A stretch of DNA of 47,205 bases, the filler included, from Rhynchobatus australiae (Eukaryota): assembly GCA_034780895.1 (NCBI GenBank). It is 2 parts of 2 records of this genome, joined end to end, with 100 filler letters (N's around TTAATTAATTAA, not from the genome) between each part and the next. Parts side by side here need not be neighbours in the genome. Positions count along the whole stretch, not along the records: positions 16,571 to 47,205 come from JAUZTB010000087.1; 1 more part is not named here. One strand, 5' to 3'. The translations under genes were made by a program, and so were the position numbers. Shown here in pieces: positions 34,901 to 47,011 of this stretch. Below the pieces are notes generated by a model that was not told the origin of the DNA, ran no database searches, and worked only from the letters and a program-made list of their open reading frames with translations. How positions within the stretch are numbered: the first letter of the stretch is position 1; every line of letters begins with the position of its first letter.

Positions 34901-35734
34901 ATCACAATTGGGTCTCGGCAGCCAGCTAGTATTACCAGTACTAGTGACATCCAGTATACAATGGCATCGTTTTCACAACATAATATCACAGGAAATAGCT
35001 GATTATTTTTAAGCTATACTGAATTCTGGCTTTACTTAAGTCTTTCCAGTCACAAGTGAAAAGAGCCAACACATCTTGCGTTAATTTTGAAACAACATGG
35101 TCCAAGACGAGCAATTCTATTCTGGAATGACCCTCAATCCACAACTTTGGTCCTGCTTTCTTATTTAAAAACAATCATTCCAAAGTTAAAGGAATGAATT
35201 TGGTTGGGGTTCACTAATGGGCACAGAAATTAGGTGGTGTAAAATGTGGGAGGCGTGCAAGTTTGAGGCAATTGGATAGCAAAGGTTTAAAAAAAAGACA
35301 TCATGATTACGGCTGGCAATATTAATGTTATTTAACATTTGTTTTCAGGAAGATGGCATGCGGCCATATCACAAGCCTTTATAACAGGGAGGCACACATT
35401 TTGTTTGGATTGGTCTGAGTTAGTTGCAAAAAGCGAATGTATACTTAACCTACATACAATCTGTGTATTAGCAAAAATGCACATATTCTTCAATCATTCC
35501 TTAAATTCATTTTTTAAAAAGGTAAAGCTTGTTGTATATGCAAGGTGCAATACTTTTTTTAAAAAACTGCACTTTTTATACTGCTGTTTAGGAAAAGAAA
35601 CATAAGGGATGGGCATGATAAAGAAACTACTTTTAAGAAGTAAAGGTACAGAGAAAAGGGTGGGGTAAAGCAGTACAGAACAAAAGAAGAGGCCAATGAA
35701 AGGGTAAAGGGAAGGCAGGAGAGAATAAATGAAA

Positions 35735-35847
35735 TGGGAAAAAGCAGGAGTAGGTCATTCTGGTCCACCATTCAGTAAGATCACAGCTAATATTTAATCT
35801 CAGTGTCAGTATCCTACAGCAACCCAATATCTCTTAATTCCCAATGA
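35735..35847 (-). mobile_element. 113-bp CR1 3' fragment between perfect 23-bp direct repeats
   Basis: aaggcaggagagaataaatgaaa at 35712-35734 and 35848-35870; insert includes agcaggagtaggtcattc...ccattcagtaagatcacagct. Confidence 0.75.
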
Positions 35848-36214
35848 AAGGCAGGAGAGAATAAATGAAAATTAGCAGAAAGTGAAAGATGGCGCAAGTG
35901 AGACAGGTAAGGGAAGAAAATGACAGGCTCTAGGTGGTGAAATAAGAGATGCAAAATCATTATCTAAAATCACCTGGGGAAAATAGTGAGTGTGCTGAAA
36001 TTTTAAATTAAAACACTGGAAATGCTGATCATCTGAAATTGCACATCTTCATGTTGAGACCAGAACTAGTTCAAACAGATTATTCATCCATTTTCTCTAC
36101 ACATCCTGCTATGCTTTTCCAGCATTTTCTGATTTTATTTCAAGTTGTTAGCATCAATGACATCTTGTTTTTGTACTCAAGAAACCTTGGACTCACAATC
36201 AGATATAACAATAA

Positions 36215-36988
36215 CTGACCAGGTTTGAAGTGCACATTCCTGATAAAGCTGGACGCATTTTGGGCAGCTGTTATAAGGGTATGACATAAACAATGAATGG
36301 TTGAGCTCAGGGAGTCCTGAAGAACAGAGGGACCTTGGTGTACAAGTTCAAAGATCTCTGAAGGTGGCAGCACACAGGTAGATAAGGTGGTAAAGAAGAC
36401 ATACAGGATGCTTGGCTTCATTAGCCAGGCATGGAGTATAAGAGCAGGTAAGTCTTGGTACGACTTTATAAAACATTGGTTAGGCCACAACCGGAATAAT
36501 GTGTGCAGTTCTGGTCACTATTCTACAGGATGGACGTAATTGCATTGAAGAGGAGATTGACCTGGATATTGTTTGGGATAGAACGATTCATTTAAGAGGA
36601 GAGACAGGATAGATTGGGTTAGTTTTCCTTGGAGCACAGGTGGACTTGGTAGAGGTGTACAAAACTATGAGGAACATGGATAGGATAGAATAATGGGAAA
36701 CCTTTGCCCAGGGCAGAAACATCCAAAGCTAGAGGGAACTGGTTTTGGGTAAAGAGTAAGAGGTTTAGAGGGGATCTGAAGAAGAATTACTTTTTCACTC
36801 AGAGAGGTGATTGGTATTTGGATCATACTGCCTGAGGAGCTCACATTTAACAGGTATCTAGACGAGGCAGAGAAGACTGTGGAAAAAATGCTGATAAATG
36901 GGATCAGCATAGATGGATATCTGATGGTTGGCGTGGGCATGGTGAGCAGAAGGGGTTATTTATGAGCTGTATGACTCTGTGACTATGG
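36215..36988 (+). mobile_element. CR1 3' 0.75 kb
   Basis: gaacagagggaccttggtgtacaagttca...tttataaaacattggttaggccaca...gtgtgcagttctggtc; ends ctgtatgactctgtgactat. Confidence 0.88.
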
Positions 36989-39900
36989 AAAGTGAAATAG
37001 GTGGTGGATTTAGTTTGAATACAAAGACAAGAGAGAGTTGAGCAGTAGGATTAGATCCAGGTTAATACTGGACCGTGGGGAATTAGTAGGATTTCTTTTA
37101 CACAGCACCAATAACTTAACAAGCCTGTTTCTATGCTTGTGAATTATTCCAGTTCAACAAAGGTCCAGTTAATTTCTGTTCAAAATTCAAACTTTCAACG
37201 TGCTTTTTTTAAAATTGCAATGACATAATGCACAACCAGCAGTTTCACATCTCAAATAATAACATGCAAATTGATCAAACCGATTACTCATACCAGAGCT
37301 ATGAGGAAACAGTTCACATTATTTTTGCACTTGAATGTGACACACCATTGACAAAAACATGAAGTCAAGACACACAAGTATTTACTCTATGGAAATTGTA
37401 CCACAAATGGTGATATTTTTCCAGTGAAGTATAAATTGACAAATCAAAATCTCTGGCAAGCAGAAACTAGTTTAGCTTAATTTCAGTAGCAATGCATATC
37501 ATACAAGATAATTTCTCACATTTGCTATTAAATATATAATCAACAAATAAGTATAGGTGCTAAATGTCTGACAGTTACAAATTCTGATGCCTTGAAATTC
37601 ATTCCCCAATTGTAGCAATACAAATGTTATATACACCCAGCTCTTTATATTCAGCATCCAAAATCCACTCGACTGAAGTCCAGAAATAAAATTTTGGAAG
37701 CACAGTGAAACATGCCAAAGTCACTATATAGCCTGTTTAGTGCTACAAACCAGGGATGAATTTGTAGCTAGCAATCCTCATGCAGATTTCTTAACTGAAT
37801 ACCAAAAGGAAATATAACATAAAAAGGAAGAGTTGCAATACAAGTTATCTGTGCATGCATCAAGAAATAAGAGTTGAAAACAAAATACATTTTGTGTTCA
37901 TTTATTTCTTTTCCCCACATAAGTTTCATAAGAGCAAGTTTTTATTCCATATTCCAGATTTTCTGATAGTGATTTGTGAATTCTGTAAGGGCAAATTTCC
38001 ATTACCTGAGCGGCTGTATCATAGAAGGGGTGGGGGTCACCTGTAGGGTAAATATGAAAATTTAAATCTATACACAGCATTGTGGCAAAACTAACTGGAA
38101 CACTAAATGGTCACCAAATTTCAAATTCCACAAGACAATGCAGGACCTGATGCATGGGAGTAGAAATGTGTTTATGCCAAAATGATAATGTGCAGGATAC
38201 CCTGTGCCAGTTTGTTCCAGTGCCATTCACACAAGAACTTATGTATGCTCCTCGTGGAATGATCTGTACGTTTAAACTCTACCGATCATGATTTTTTTCC
38301 ACATTAGTTCACAACAATGGGGAGTACTTTCAGAAGTCATTTGCAACTTGTACTGACTGAAGAGAGATTCTGCACCTCAGGGATCCAGAAAGCCATCCAG
38401 GACTCAGATGAAGAGGCAATACAAGTTTAATAACCTCACTTCAACATGGTTATCAAAGAAAACAACAAGAGAAGCTCAGCTATCAACAACTGCAAGATTA
38501 AACTCTCATACTTCTACTTTAACACAGATACAGATCTACGATTTTACATGCACTCCTAAGACTTTCCACCAAAGCAAGTTCATCACACAAACACACAGCA
38601 ACAAATTACACTTCACTCACTTAGTACCATATTAGTGATGGTCTTCCCGTGCCCACAGCCTCCACAGCATTAAGGATAAGATACTTGTAATCATAGACTT
38701 AGATGTCACAGGCACTAAACTGTCAAATAAGATGTTGTACAGCAAAATGAAGTTGGCAAGTAATCTGCAGTGATCATCTCCAAAATAATGTCTGTCTAAC
38801 GTCCACTCCTAAAAAATGAATGTAGCATCTTAAACGATACATTGGAGCGTGATGCTTGTTATAGGCATAAATCACAATGGGTGATTGCTAGTGGCATGCT
38901 AAAACTTGTAGTCAATTCCAGCTAGCCAAAAGATAAAGCTCTCAAAGGCAAGTGGAGGAATGATCAGCCTCTCAACTCAATCCCAAATGTGGGAAAATAT
39001 TCCTTGGGTGGAAAATATCCGATACAAGAACCCATTACTCATATTACATTGGACACAATCCCCAGGTTTCCATCAGAGATAACAGTGGACAAATTGTCGT
39101 AGATGCTGGATAGCATACTGCGCATTTCTTGCATTTTCTGCTACGATTTCAAATACATACATTTTACTGTAAAGAACGGTCTTCAATTGATGAACTGTTT
39201 TAACAATAATAATAAAAAAAAAATCAATACAGGCATCTTCATCTCAGTAATGCAAGTTCCTAATTTAGCTCCAACTCCCAAGAGATAGAATGAAGCAGAT
39301 TTATTTACTTAAAACAACTCCATGGCACAGGACCTTGACAGCAAAGACAGAGATGCCAATTCTGTGGTGAGGGGAGAGAATGCACAAGAGGATCCAATTT
39401 TGGAGGAACACATAGTTCCCATAGCAGTGTAGGCTAGACAAGGTTAACCAGAGAAAGGGAAGAGAAGATGAACCTCAGTAAAAGCAAAATGTGAAAATTA
39501 AGATTAACTATTATTCTGCAACAACAGGTCAAACTAATCTAGTTGAGCAAGAATCCACTTAGATTTTCCTATTAAATTCCCAGTCTCTAATTGGCCATCA
39601 AGGAGGGAGTTAAATTAGGAAAATGTTAATCCAACATGCCGTCAATAAATCATTGAGGATTATTACAGTCTGAGCAACACCCACTGTCCAAAACTTGATG
39701 GATAACACTAGATAGAAAGGAAAAATACAAAACTGTCTCACTGTAATAAAAAATATTTGCAATAATTGCTGTAGAGCAATTTTTTTTGGAAAACTCAAAG
39801 CAGGAAAATTCTGGAATTAATTTCCCATCAGTTTAAAAAAAAGTGAATCAGTTCTTCCTCATACCCATTTAATCCAGTACAAAATAGCCAAATTTTTGTT

Positions 39901-40429
39901 TTGAGGTTTAAACCAAAACCCTAATTCTCAATCCATTGCACCTGTAAAAGAGCCACAACTCAATATGTTTTCGATTATGGTTTCCTAGAATCAAGTTGCT
40001 CATTTTGGCCCAACTAACACTCAGTAATTAATGCCAGGCCCATCTTTTTCATTTACAATTAAAAATTTCACCACAGTATGACGTATTCAGTAACATTCCC
40101 AGGTAAGTAAAGAAATATTATCGGGATGAACAAACTAAGGCGTAATCTGCTGCCATGAATCAGGGCCAGAGAGCAAATTCAGCAGAAGGAGTGAACCCAC
40201 TCCAAATGGGCCTCATTCACATTGAGTCAATATGTGTCAGATGCCTGGCTTGCCTCGTCTGTGAACTGGGTATAAACATTAGACCATTGCATCAGTGACA
40301 AAAACCATCTGGTGGGTTGAGCGGGGTGTGATTGGTACTGGCAATCAAATGATCCATTTTTCTCCCCCCCAAAATTTGATCTTGCCGACTGCTGTTGCAT
40401 CAAATAGAATAAATTCATCAACTGAGGTC

Positions 40430-41210
40430 CACAGCCACCTGGAGAAGAGAATTCCACTCACTGAGAAACTTCCACCTGAAAATATTTCTCCTCCTAAATA
40501 GCAGACCCTGTATCCTGAAACTGTGCTCCAGTTCTACATTCTCTACCAGAGGAAATCACAGCATCAGTCCCTCTCACAAACACATATGTCTCAATGAAAT
40601 TGTTCACATGCTTCTAAACTCCAGAGCCCACAGCCCAGTCTTGCTCACTCTCTCCTCATAGGACAGACCCTTCATCTCAAGAATCAATGCAAGTAATTTA
40701 AATCCACTGACTTCAGGCTAAGTATATCCTTCCTCAGGTAGAGATCAAACCACACATTGGTTCTATAGCTTTTTAAAATGTATTGAGGATTTCTATTTCT
40801 GCCATCCTTTCAAGGTCTGGATCCAAGAGACCTCCCACCCACTGGCTGAAAAAGCCTTGCCTCATCTCCCCTCTAATACTTCTATAATTTACCTGCCCTT
40901 GGTTTTCAACCCTTCTGCTAAAGGAAATGGGTTATTCCGTTTGTTCTGTCCATGCCCCTAAACATGTTACATACATTGGTTGCGCCCCCCTCCCTAGCTT
41001 CCTCTGTTCCAAAGAAAACATCCCTAGCTCATTCAATCTCTCATCAAAGCTAAAAGTTTTCAGTCTCAGCAACACCATCACAAATCTCCACTGTTCCTTC
41101 CCCAATGCACCATCATGTCTCCTGTAACTTGGGGACCCAAACCATACACATTTTGTGAACTGTGGCTTAACTGTATACAGTTCAGACACACTTGTATTCT
41201 ATGCCTCTCA
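40430..41210 (-). mobile_element. Two decayed CR1 3' fragments
   Basis: ORF 40932-41189 gives FSFDERLNELGMFSLEQRKL (CR1 ORF2 C-terminus); a similar remnant lies at 40600-40740. Confidence 0.75.
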
Positions 41211-41689
41211 CATTGAACTTCCACCAACTAACATTACAGCAGATTACATAAGAACAACAGAAAAGTTCTCCAGGTCCTGCTCAATACTAATCCTTCAACT
41301 AATTACAAAAACAGACAGGAGATTCTCATTTAATTCACTGCTGTGTTAAAAAGCTCCCACTTTTTCTGACCACACATCATTGCATGTCGACTGGAGACTG
41401 TGATAAGGAGATGGAGAAATGCAAGTCCTCTCTTTCACATGGATGGCAGTCAATGAGTCCAAATGCCTGTGACTTTGGCTTTAAAAGCACTTTGATCAGT
41501 TATATACACACTGCCACAACCAAATCCTTTGTAGATAACAAGTTATGTGAAAACTGTCCCAAGGCACAAATCCCTGTAAACAAACAACAAAATAGCAACA
41601 TTTTCAAGTAAACATGAGCAAACAAAAAAGACATGCTAGTGGTTTTATACATTTGAGAAAACAGATATGTTAATGGAGATGGGTAAACA

Positions 41690-41920
41690 AGAGAGAATAC
41701 ATGACAGGATAGGATGGCAAGCCAGGAGGGAGAAGATGAACAAGTACCCGAGAAGCAGAGAGAGGAACTGCATGAGAAAGAACAAACGTAAGAAAGAGAG
41801 AGCACAGGAGCACGAGAAAGAGAGAGCGTGCAAGGGAGAGCAAGATCAAAAGACACCAGGAAAGGAACAGTGAGACAAAGCAGTAATGAGACTGAGAAAC
41901 AAGTACGAGGAGAAACTACA
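41690..41920. repeat. A/G-rich low-complexity tract
   Basis: gaga/agaa/gagc runs with strong purine skew. Confidence 0.6.
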
Positions 41921-43121
41921 CTGGATATTATAGAAGCAACGCACAATCCAATTTCCCTCTCTTATTAGTGACTGTATGCACTACTGTTCCTTTTTCTTAG
42001 CAATAATAGTAACACATCACCACTAGAATATTACAATAAGAATAATTAAATGAAAACAACAAATGAAAACAAAATGAAAATTAAGTTNNNNNNNNNNNNN
42101 NNNNNNNNNNNNNNNNNNNNNNNNNNNNNNNNNNNNNNNNNNNNNNNNNNNNNNNNNNNNNNNNNNNNNNNNNNNNNNNNNNNNNNNAAAATTAAGTTAA
42201 CAAATGACATTTCACCATATAGAAGCCTCATTCAGTTAATGTACTACATCGAACTGCAAAAGGGGTAAAGAAAACTGTCTGAAAATTTATGTACCACATA
42301 ACAGTCGTCAGTGTATCCCACACTGCCTCCAAAATTATTTCCACCAAATTCAATGTGGAATGAATTTTGGGAGCAGAGCAGAACATGCTGCCACTACATA
42401 CAGCTCATTCAACACTGAAGACAAGCGGTGACTTTTTAAGAATACAGTTCTCATCCAGTGCTGAATGTTTGATTTCTTGGTGCATCGACACAACTAAAAG
42501 ATCTGACATATGATTTAGCCACTTGTTTGGAGGCAGTGGATAAGAGTATACTGGGATATGGGTACACCTGCTGTTTAGATTAGTAGAAATCCAATGTTCA
42601 GTTTTACAGTAGAGGGGAAAATGACTTAAGTATACAAAAGCACCACTGGCAAAAGTATTGACTTTGGACATAATTTGGACAAAAAGTGACACAGTGTTCT
42701 GAAGTCACGACATTCACTCGAAGTTTTCTTGATGCACATCCTCCCTTTCAGAGACATTTTATCATGATGCAGTCAGTATCCTGTTGTATTAAGGGGCAAA
42801 GTGTTAGAACCCTGCTCCCAACAGTCTTAGAATGGCTTTAAATTCGGGGTTGAGATTTAACAAAGGTGCAAATGCCCAATGGGTGTTGGATGACACCCCC
42901 CCCACCCCCTATCACTGCATGGGTAGCGGAAGCTGATTAATCCTTTGTTACCCAAGAATAAATACCCTTTTGCCAGAGAGGCATCACAGAACAGAAAGCA
43001 GCACTCACATCATGGCCTTCAAGTCTGTTAATCAGCCTGTGAATTCTTCAACAACTCCACACCATTCGAAGGATAAAGAAACAAAATAACGCCATCACCC
43101 TCATGCAATATTGTTCACTAC

Positions 43122-43497
43122 ATAATATTGCTAAAACTTGTGTAGTGAACAATGACTAAGATAAAAATAAAATCACCTTAATTTTAATCCATATTTTTTT
43201 TATTATCTGATCAGTCTGATGTGGATTTACAAGTTGTGAATGTACTGTGATTAATCCCAATCACAGTACATTCACAACTTTGCACCTCAAAATTACCTGA
43301 TTTCATACCACATGGCAGTCCATGATTACTTTTAAAGTATCCTTCTCAACTACTTGAAGCAAACATTTGGAGAAATGAGGGAAGAAAATAATATTGCTAA
43401 AACTTATGTAGTGAACAATGACTAAGATAAAAATAAAATCACCATAATTTTAATCCATATTTTTTTATTATCTGATCAGTCTGATGTGGATTTACAA
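43122..43497. repeat. Direct repeat of about 110 bp (43122-43232 and 43388-43497) with associated inverted repeats
   Basis: ataatattgctaaaactt.tgtagtgaacaatgactaag...tctgatcagtctgatgtggatttacaa occurs twice, differing by two substitutions and one T in a run. Confidence 0.95.
43231..43280. repeat. Perfect 22-bp inverted repeat with a 6-nt loop
   Basis: aagttgtgaatgtactgtgatt-aatccc-aatcacagtacattcacaactt. Confidence 0.97.
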
Positions 43498-43859
43498 CAT
43501 TATAAAACCCCTTGTGAGTTGAAAATGTCAGCAATCTAATACAACCTCATTGGTATAAGTGTGACTGATTACATTTTCCACTGTGGATTTTGATTACTCG
43601 AACAGTGATAAAATGATTCACCATTANNNNNNNNNNNNNNNNNNNNNNNNNNNNNNNNNNNNNNNNNNNNNNNNNNNNNNNNNNNNNNNNNNNNNNNNNN
43701 NNNNNNNNNNNNNNNNNNNNNNNNNNTAAAATGATTCACCATTATTTTCAATTTTTGAAAGACTAAAATTCCATCTTGCATTGAAATTCCACTTCTTAAG
43801 GTTTACATCCTTCTGAGATATGTGTGTTGCCTCTTAAATCCAACCTCTCTTGCATTTCC

Positions 43860-44090
43860 TTTGCCTTACCATTAATGACTAATGCTTCATATTTCTCAGC
43901 CCCAGGCTCATGAACACCTCTCATAAATTTTCAACCATCTGTCTCCTTTACGACATGCCTCAAGACCCAACTCTGTAACTGACATCTTGTTTTAATGCTT
44001 TCTTCTATGGCTTGGTGTCAAACTTTGTCTGATGACTATTCTCTGAGACTTCTTTGGTTGCTGAACTATCTAAAGACTCCATATAACTGC
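43860..44090 (+). mobile_element. L2-type 3' end, decayed
   Basis: tgtctcctttacgacatgcctcaagacc...tatggcttggtgtcaaactttgtctgat. Confidence 0.55.
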
Positions 44091-44344
44091 TTCAGATTCT
44101 AGCATGAGAAAGTGAAACACTTTCAGACGTTACAGATTGAACAGTTCTGCAAGTCATCCACTGGCCTTCACAAGAAATAAAAGCATTGCTCAGCAGCAAA
44201 ACTATTTTTATTTATTTCTAAATTACAATCAATAATTTAAAACCATTCCCAATCATGCTGCACTTTAAAGTCTTCCATTACACACAGCGTCAACGTGAAA
44301 TAAACTCACTCATATTTGCAAAAGAATCTTAAAGAGGATGGAAA

Positions 44345-44545
44345 TTAAAATAAAAGTACAAAATAATGGAAGTACTCAGCAAGCAGTTCAGTAATTGCAG
44401 GAGAGAAATGGGTAACATTTCAGGTCAATGTTTATCAGAATTTTCAACAGTTTTAATGGAAGATCATCAACCTGAAGCAGTTTTTGTCTCTGGATGTTTC
44501 CTCCTTTGCTGGTATTTCCAAAATAGAGTTTTTATTTTATATTTG
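44345..44545. mobile_element. Decayed foldback pair of Penelope-like termini
   Basis: Left arm tggaagtactcagc...aacatttcaggtcaatgtttatcagaa; right arm cagttttaatggaagatcatcaacctgaa...gctggtatttcca...tttattt. Confidence 0.55.
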
Positions 44546-44569
44546 TATTTGTCACTGCCAGAGCAGAGT

Positions 44570-44990
44570 ATTAGGATAAGGGGCAGCCACTTNNNNNNNN
44601 NNNNNNNNNNNNNNNNNNNNNNNNNNNNNNNNNNNNNNNNNNNNNNNNNNNNNNNNNNNNNNNNNNNNNNNNNNNNNNNNNNNNNNNNNNNNACTTAAGA
44701 CTATGTTGAGGAGGAATTTCTTCTCTCAGAGGGTTGTGAATACTTGCAATTCTCCGTTCTAAAGAAGTGCAGATGAGAAATATATTCTCAGCTGAGATAG
44801 ATAGACTTTGGGAATACACTATAAGAGAACAACAGAGATCAAACAGGAAAATGCAGTTGAGCCCAAAAGTTCAGATGAGACACATCCTTGTTGGCTAGGT
44901 GACTAGAGGGATCAAAGTTGGAACGGGGTTTGTTTAATCAATCATATTAAATAGTGAAGCAAACTCAAAGGATCAAATGGCAAATGTCAG
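44570..44990 (+). mobile_element. CR1 3' fragment spanning a gap
   Basis: aggataaggggcagccactt / acttaagactatgttgaggaggaatttcttctctcagagggttgtgaa. Confidence 0.75.
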
Positions 44991-45789
44991 ATCAAACATC
45001 GCCAATTTGAGATTGAAATCTGCCTGCATTATTTTCAGTGTGCTTTGTTCAATGGTACATGTAGTCTGTGGGGAAGGTAGGTATTTTCTGGCTGTGATAT
45101 ACACTATGGCCAGCCAACACTCATTGTCAACACTCAGATATATATTCGTTCAGGCAGAGAACTGGAACTGTTCCAGCACTGGTGAAACCACTTCACTGTA
45201 TAGATCAGTGCTTTCAGGAGTACAAAATAGGATAACAGAGGATCAAATGTAGGGCATGGAGGCAGGCTGAGGAGTAACATTTTTGTGCCTAAACTTATCG
45301 ATTTATAGAAATAAGCTGTAGCACCACACATATAAGCTTATTTTAAATATGGACAGGGAATTGAATTCATGGCTGGAGTAGCGCATGATGTAAAGAGGGA
45401 AGCNNNNNNNNNNNNNNNNNNNNNNNNNNNNNNNNNNNNNNNNNNNNNNNNNNNNNNNNNNNNNNNNNNNNNNNNNNNNNNNNNNNNNNNNNNNNNNNNN
45501 NNNNNNNNNNNNNNNNNNNNNNNNNNNNNNNNNNNNNNNNNNNNNNNNNNNNNNNNNNNNNNNNNNNNNNNNNNNNNNNNNNNNATACTTACCTACTCTG
45601 AAGTTACTATGCAGAGTGCCAGGAGAGGATTCTCACCCCCACCAACCCACCACCACCCCACAACTTTATTCACCTCTGCATTTACACAATGCGTTTCCGT
45701 CACTTATTTTAAAGTATCCCAATATCATCCTGCACACAAAGAATGCAAATTTCTTGTTTGTGTACACCAACCTGTTTCAATGTCCTAAT

Positions 45790-46050
45790 TTCCCATCTGG
45801 CGATTCCAAACGAGCTCTTTTGTCTGGCCTAGGCTCATCCTCCATAAACCTCCAATTTCATTACCCCGTCTAAAGCTCTGGAATTCCTTCCATAATAATA
45901 CTCTCCCCCTTTAAAACATTCCCGGAAGCCTAACCCCAGTGCTCTCGTTTCCTAGTTTGATGCCAAATTTTTATTCAATATTTCTGTGAAGCTCCTGAAC
46001 ATTTTACTGTACTAAAAATGTACTACATAAAATGCAAGTGGCTTTTGTTA
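45790..46050 (+). mobile_element. L2-type 3' end, decayed
   Basis: taaagctctggaattccttcc...ctgtgaagctcctgaacatttt...taaaatgcaagt. Confidence 0.55.
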
Positions 46051-46851
46051 ATAAGACTTTTAAATTGGATGAGCCAACAAAACCACATCTCTCACAACCA
46101 AGATCTCTTACAGTTCAACATACGTACATCTAGTGGGATTGCCAAAGTCAGAAGTGACTGAAATAGGCAAATAATTAATTAAAAAATTAAATTAGCAGGA
46201 AGAACATTGTGTATGCATCTGTTCTGGTGCAGGTGACACCAACTCTTAACTATCCCATCGTAACCTGGATCGAGTTGCTAAGCGATGACACAGAGATTTA
46301 CTGTAAAATTCTCTTTGTTTCACCACATTCTGTGAGAATAATGTGAAAGATTTGCAGGTAGATTAACAGACCGAGAGCCATTCCCTTGCATTTCCACTTC
46401 AATTGGAAAACACGCACAGACTCTGTTACTCAATTCCTGGCCCAATAGTCAAAATATTTCTTTATTTCTATGCCTCCAACATTCTTTTTTTGTTACACAA
46501 CTAATCAACTAGTGAACTAATGAACAAAAGAAAAATGAAACATTTTTTTAAAAACGCACACCTTTTCCTTTTTTATAAAAAAATAAATGGCCCTATGACT
46601 TATCTCCCTGGTTGATCAGAGGATTAATTCTTAATCCCTTGAGATTCGAGGACTATCTGAAAGGATGACAACCCAAATTACAAGGTTTAATATCTTCTGG
46701 CCAATATCAATAAATGTCACAACTTCTTACATTACCTGAAAATACAACAGATACAGCTCTAAGGCGACAGGCTGTGAGAAGTTAAAATACGAGCAAATAA
46801 AAAGTGATCAGCAATTTTTATGAGAAACCATGAGCAACAATGAGTTCTTAC

Positions 46852-47011
46852 CTTTTGGAATTGTAACCTGGCAGCCCAAGTCATAGTCCTGCTGCAGCCG
46901 ATAAAAAGCCACTTCCTGAAGCCGTACTCTCTCCAGCTCCGAGAGACTTTGAATGGGGACTGGCTTCAGTCGGACACTGCGGCCAGACATGCTGTTCCAG
47001 GTGAAGTCACC
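46852..47011 (-). CDS. ARHGAP6: Internal coding exon of Rho GTPase-activating protein 6 (equivalent to vertebrate exon 2); 160 nt, phase 0 start, phase 1 end
   Basis: Translates [53 protein letters not shown], recognised as the conserved ARHGAP6 N-terminal segment. Minus-strand acceptor ttttattatcctttcttacaacAG (AG at 47013-47012) and donor AAAG|GTAAGA (GT at 46851-46850). Confidence 0.93.

Larger units (their letters stand above)
1..46851 (-). other. ARHGAP6: Probable large ARHGAP6 intron downstream of the exon
   Basis: Begins at the GTAAGA donor. The next expected exon (DGQKRKKSLRKKLDSL-like) was not found by eye. It may lie beyond base 1 or inside an N-gap, and scaffold joins could be wrong. 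Confidence 0.6.

Noticed and set aside
35190-35480. Possible ancient DNA-transposon remnants (also about 2770-3100, 9650-9830, 15250-15700, 38300-38660)
   Set aside because: No terminal inverted repeats or transposase motifs that I could verify by eye; a repeat-library search is needed.
41500-41946. 148-aa Ser/Leu/Cys-rich ORF
   Set aside because: Antisense of an A/G-rich low-complexity tract; no family signature.
45585-45594. ATACTTACCT, matching the U1 snRNA 5' end
   Set aside because: The following sequence is not U1. It is simply the complement of a consensus splice donor.
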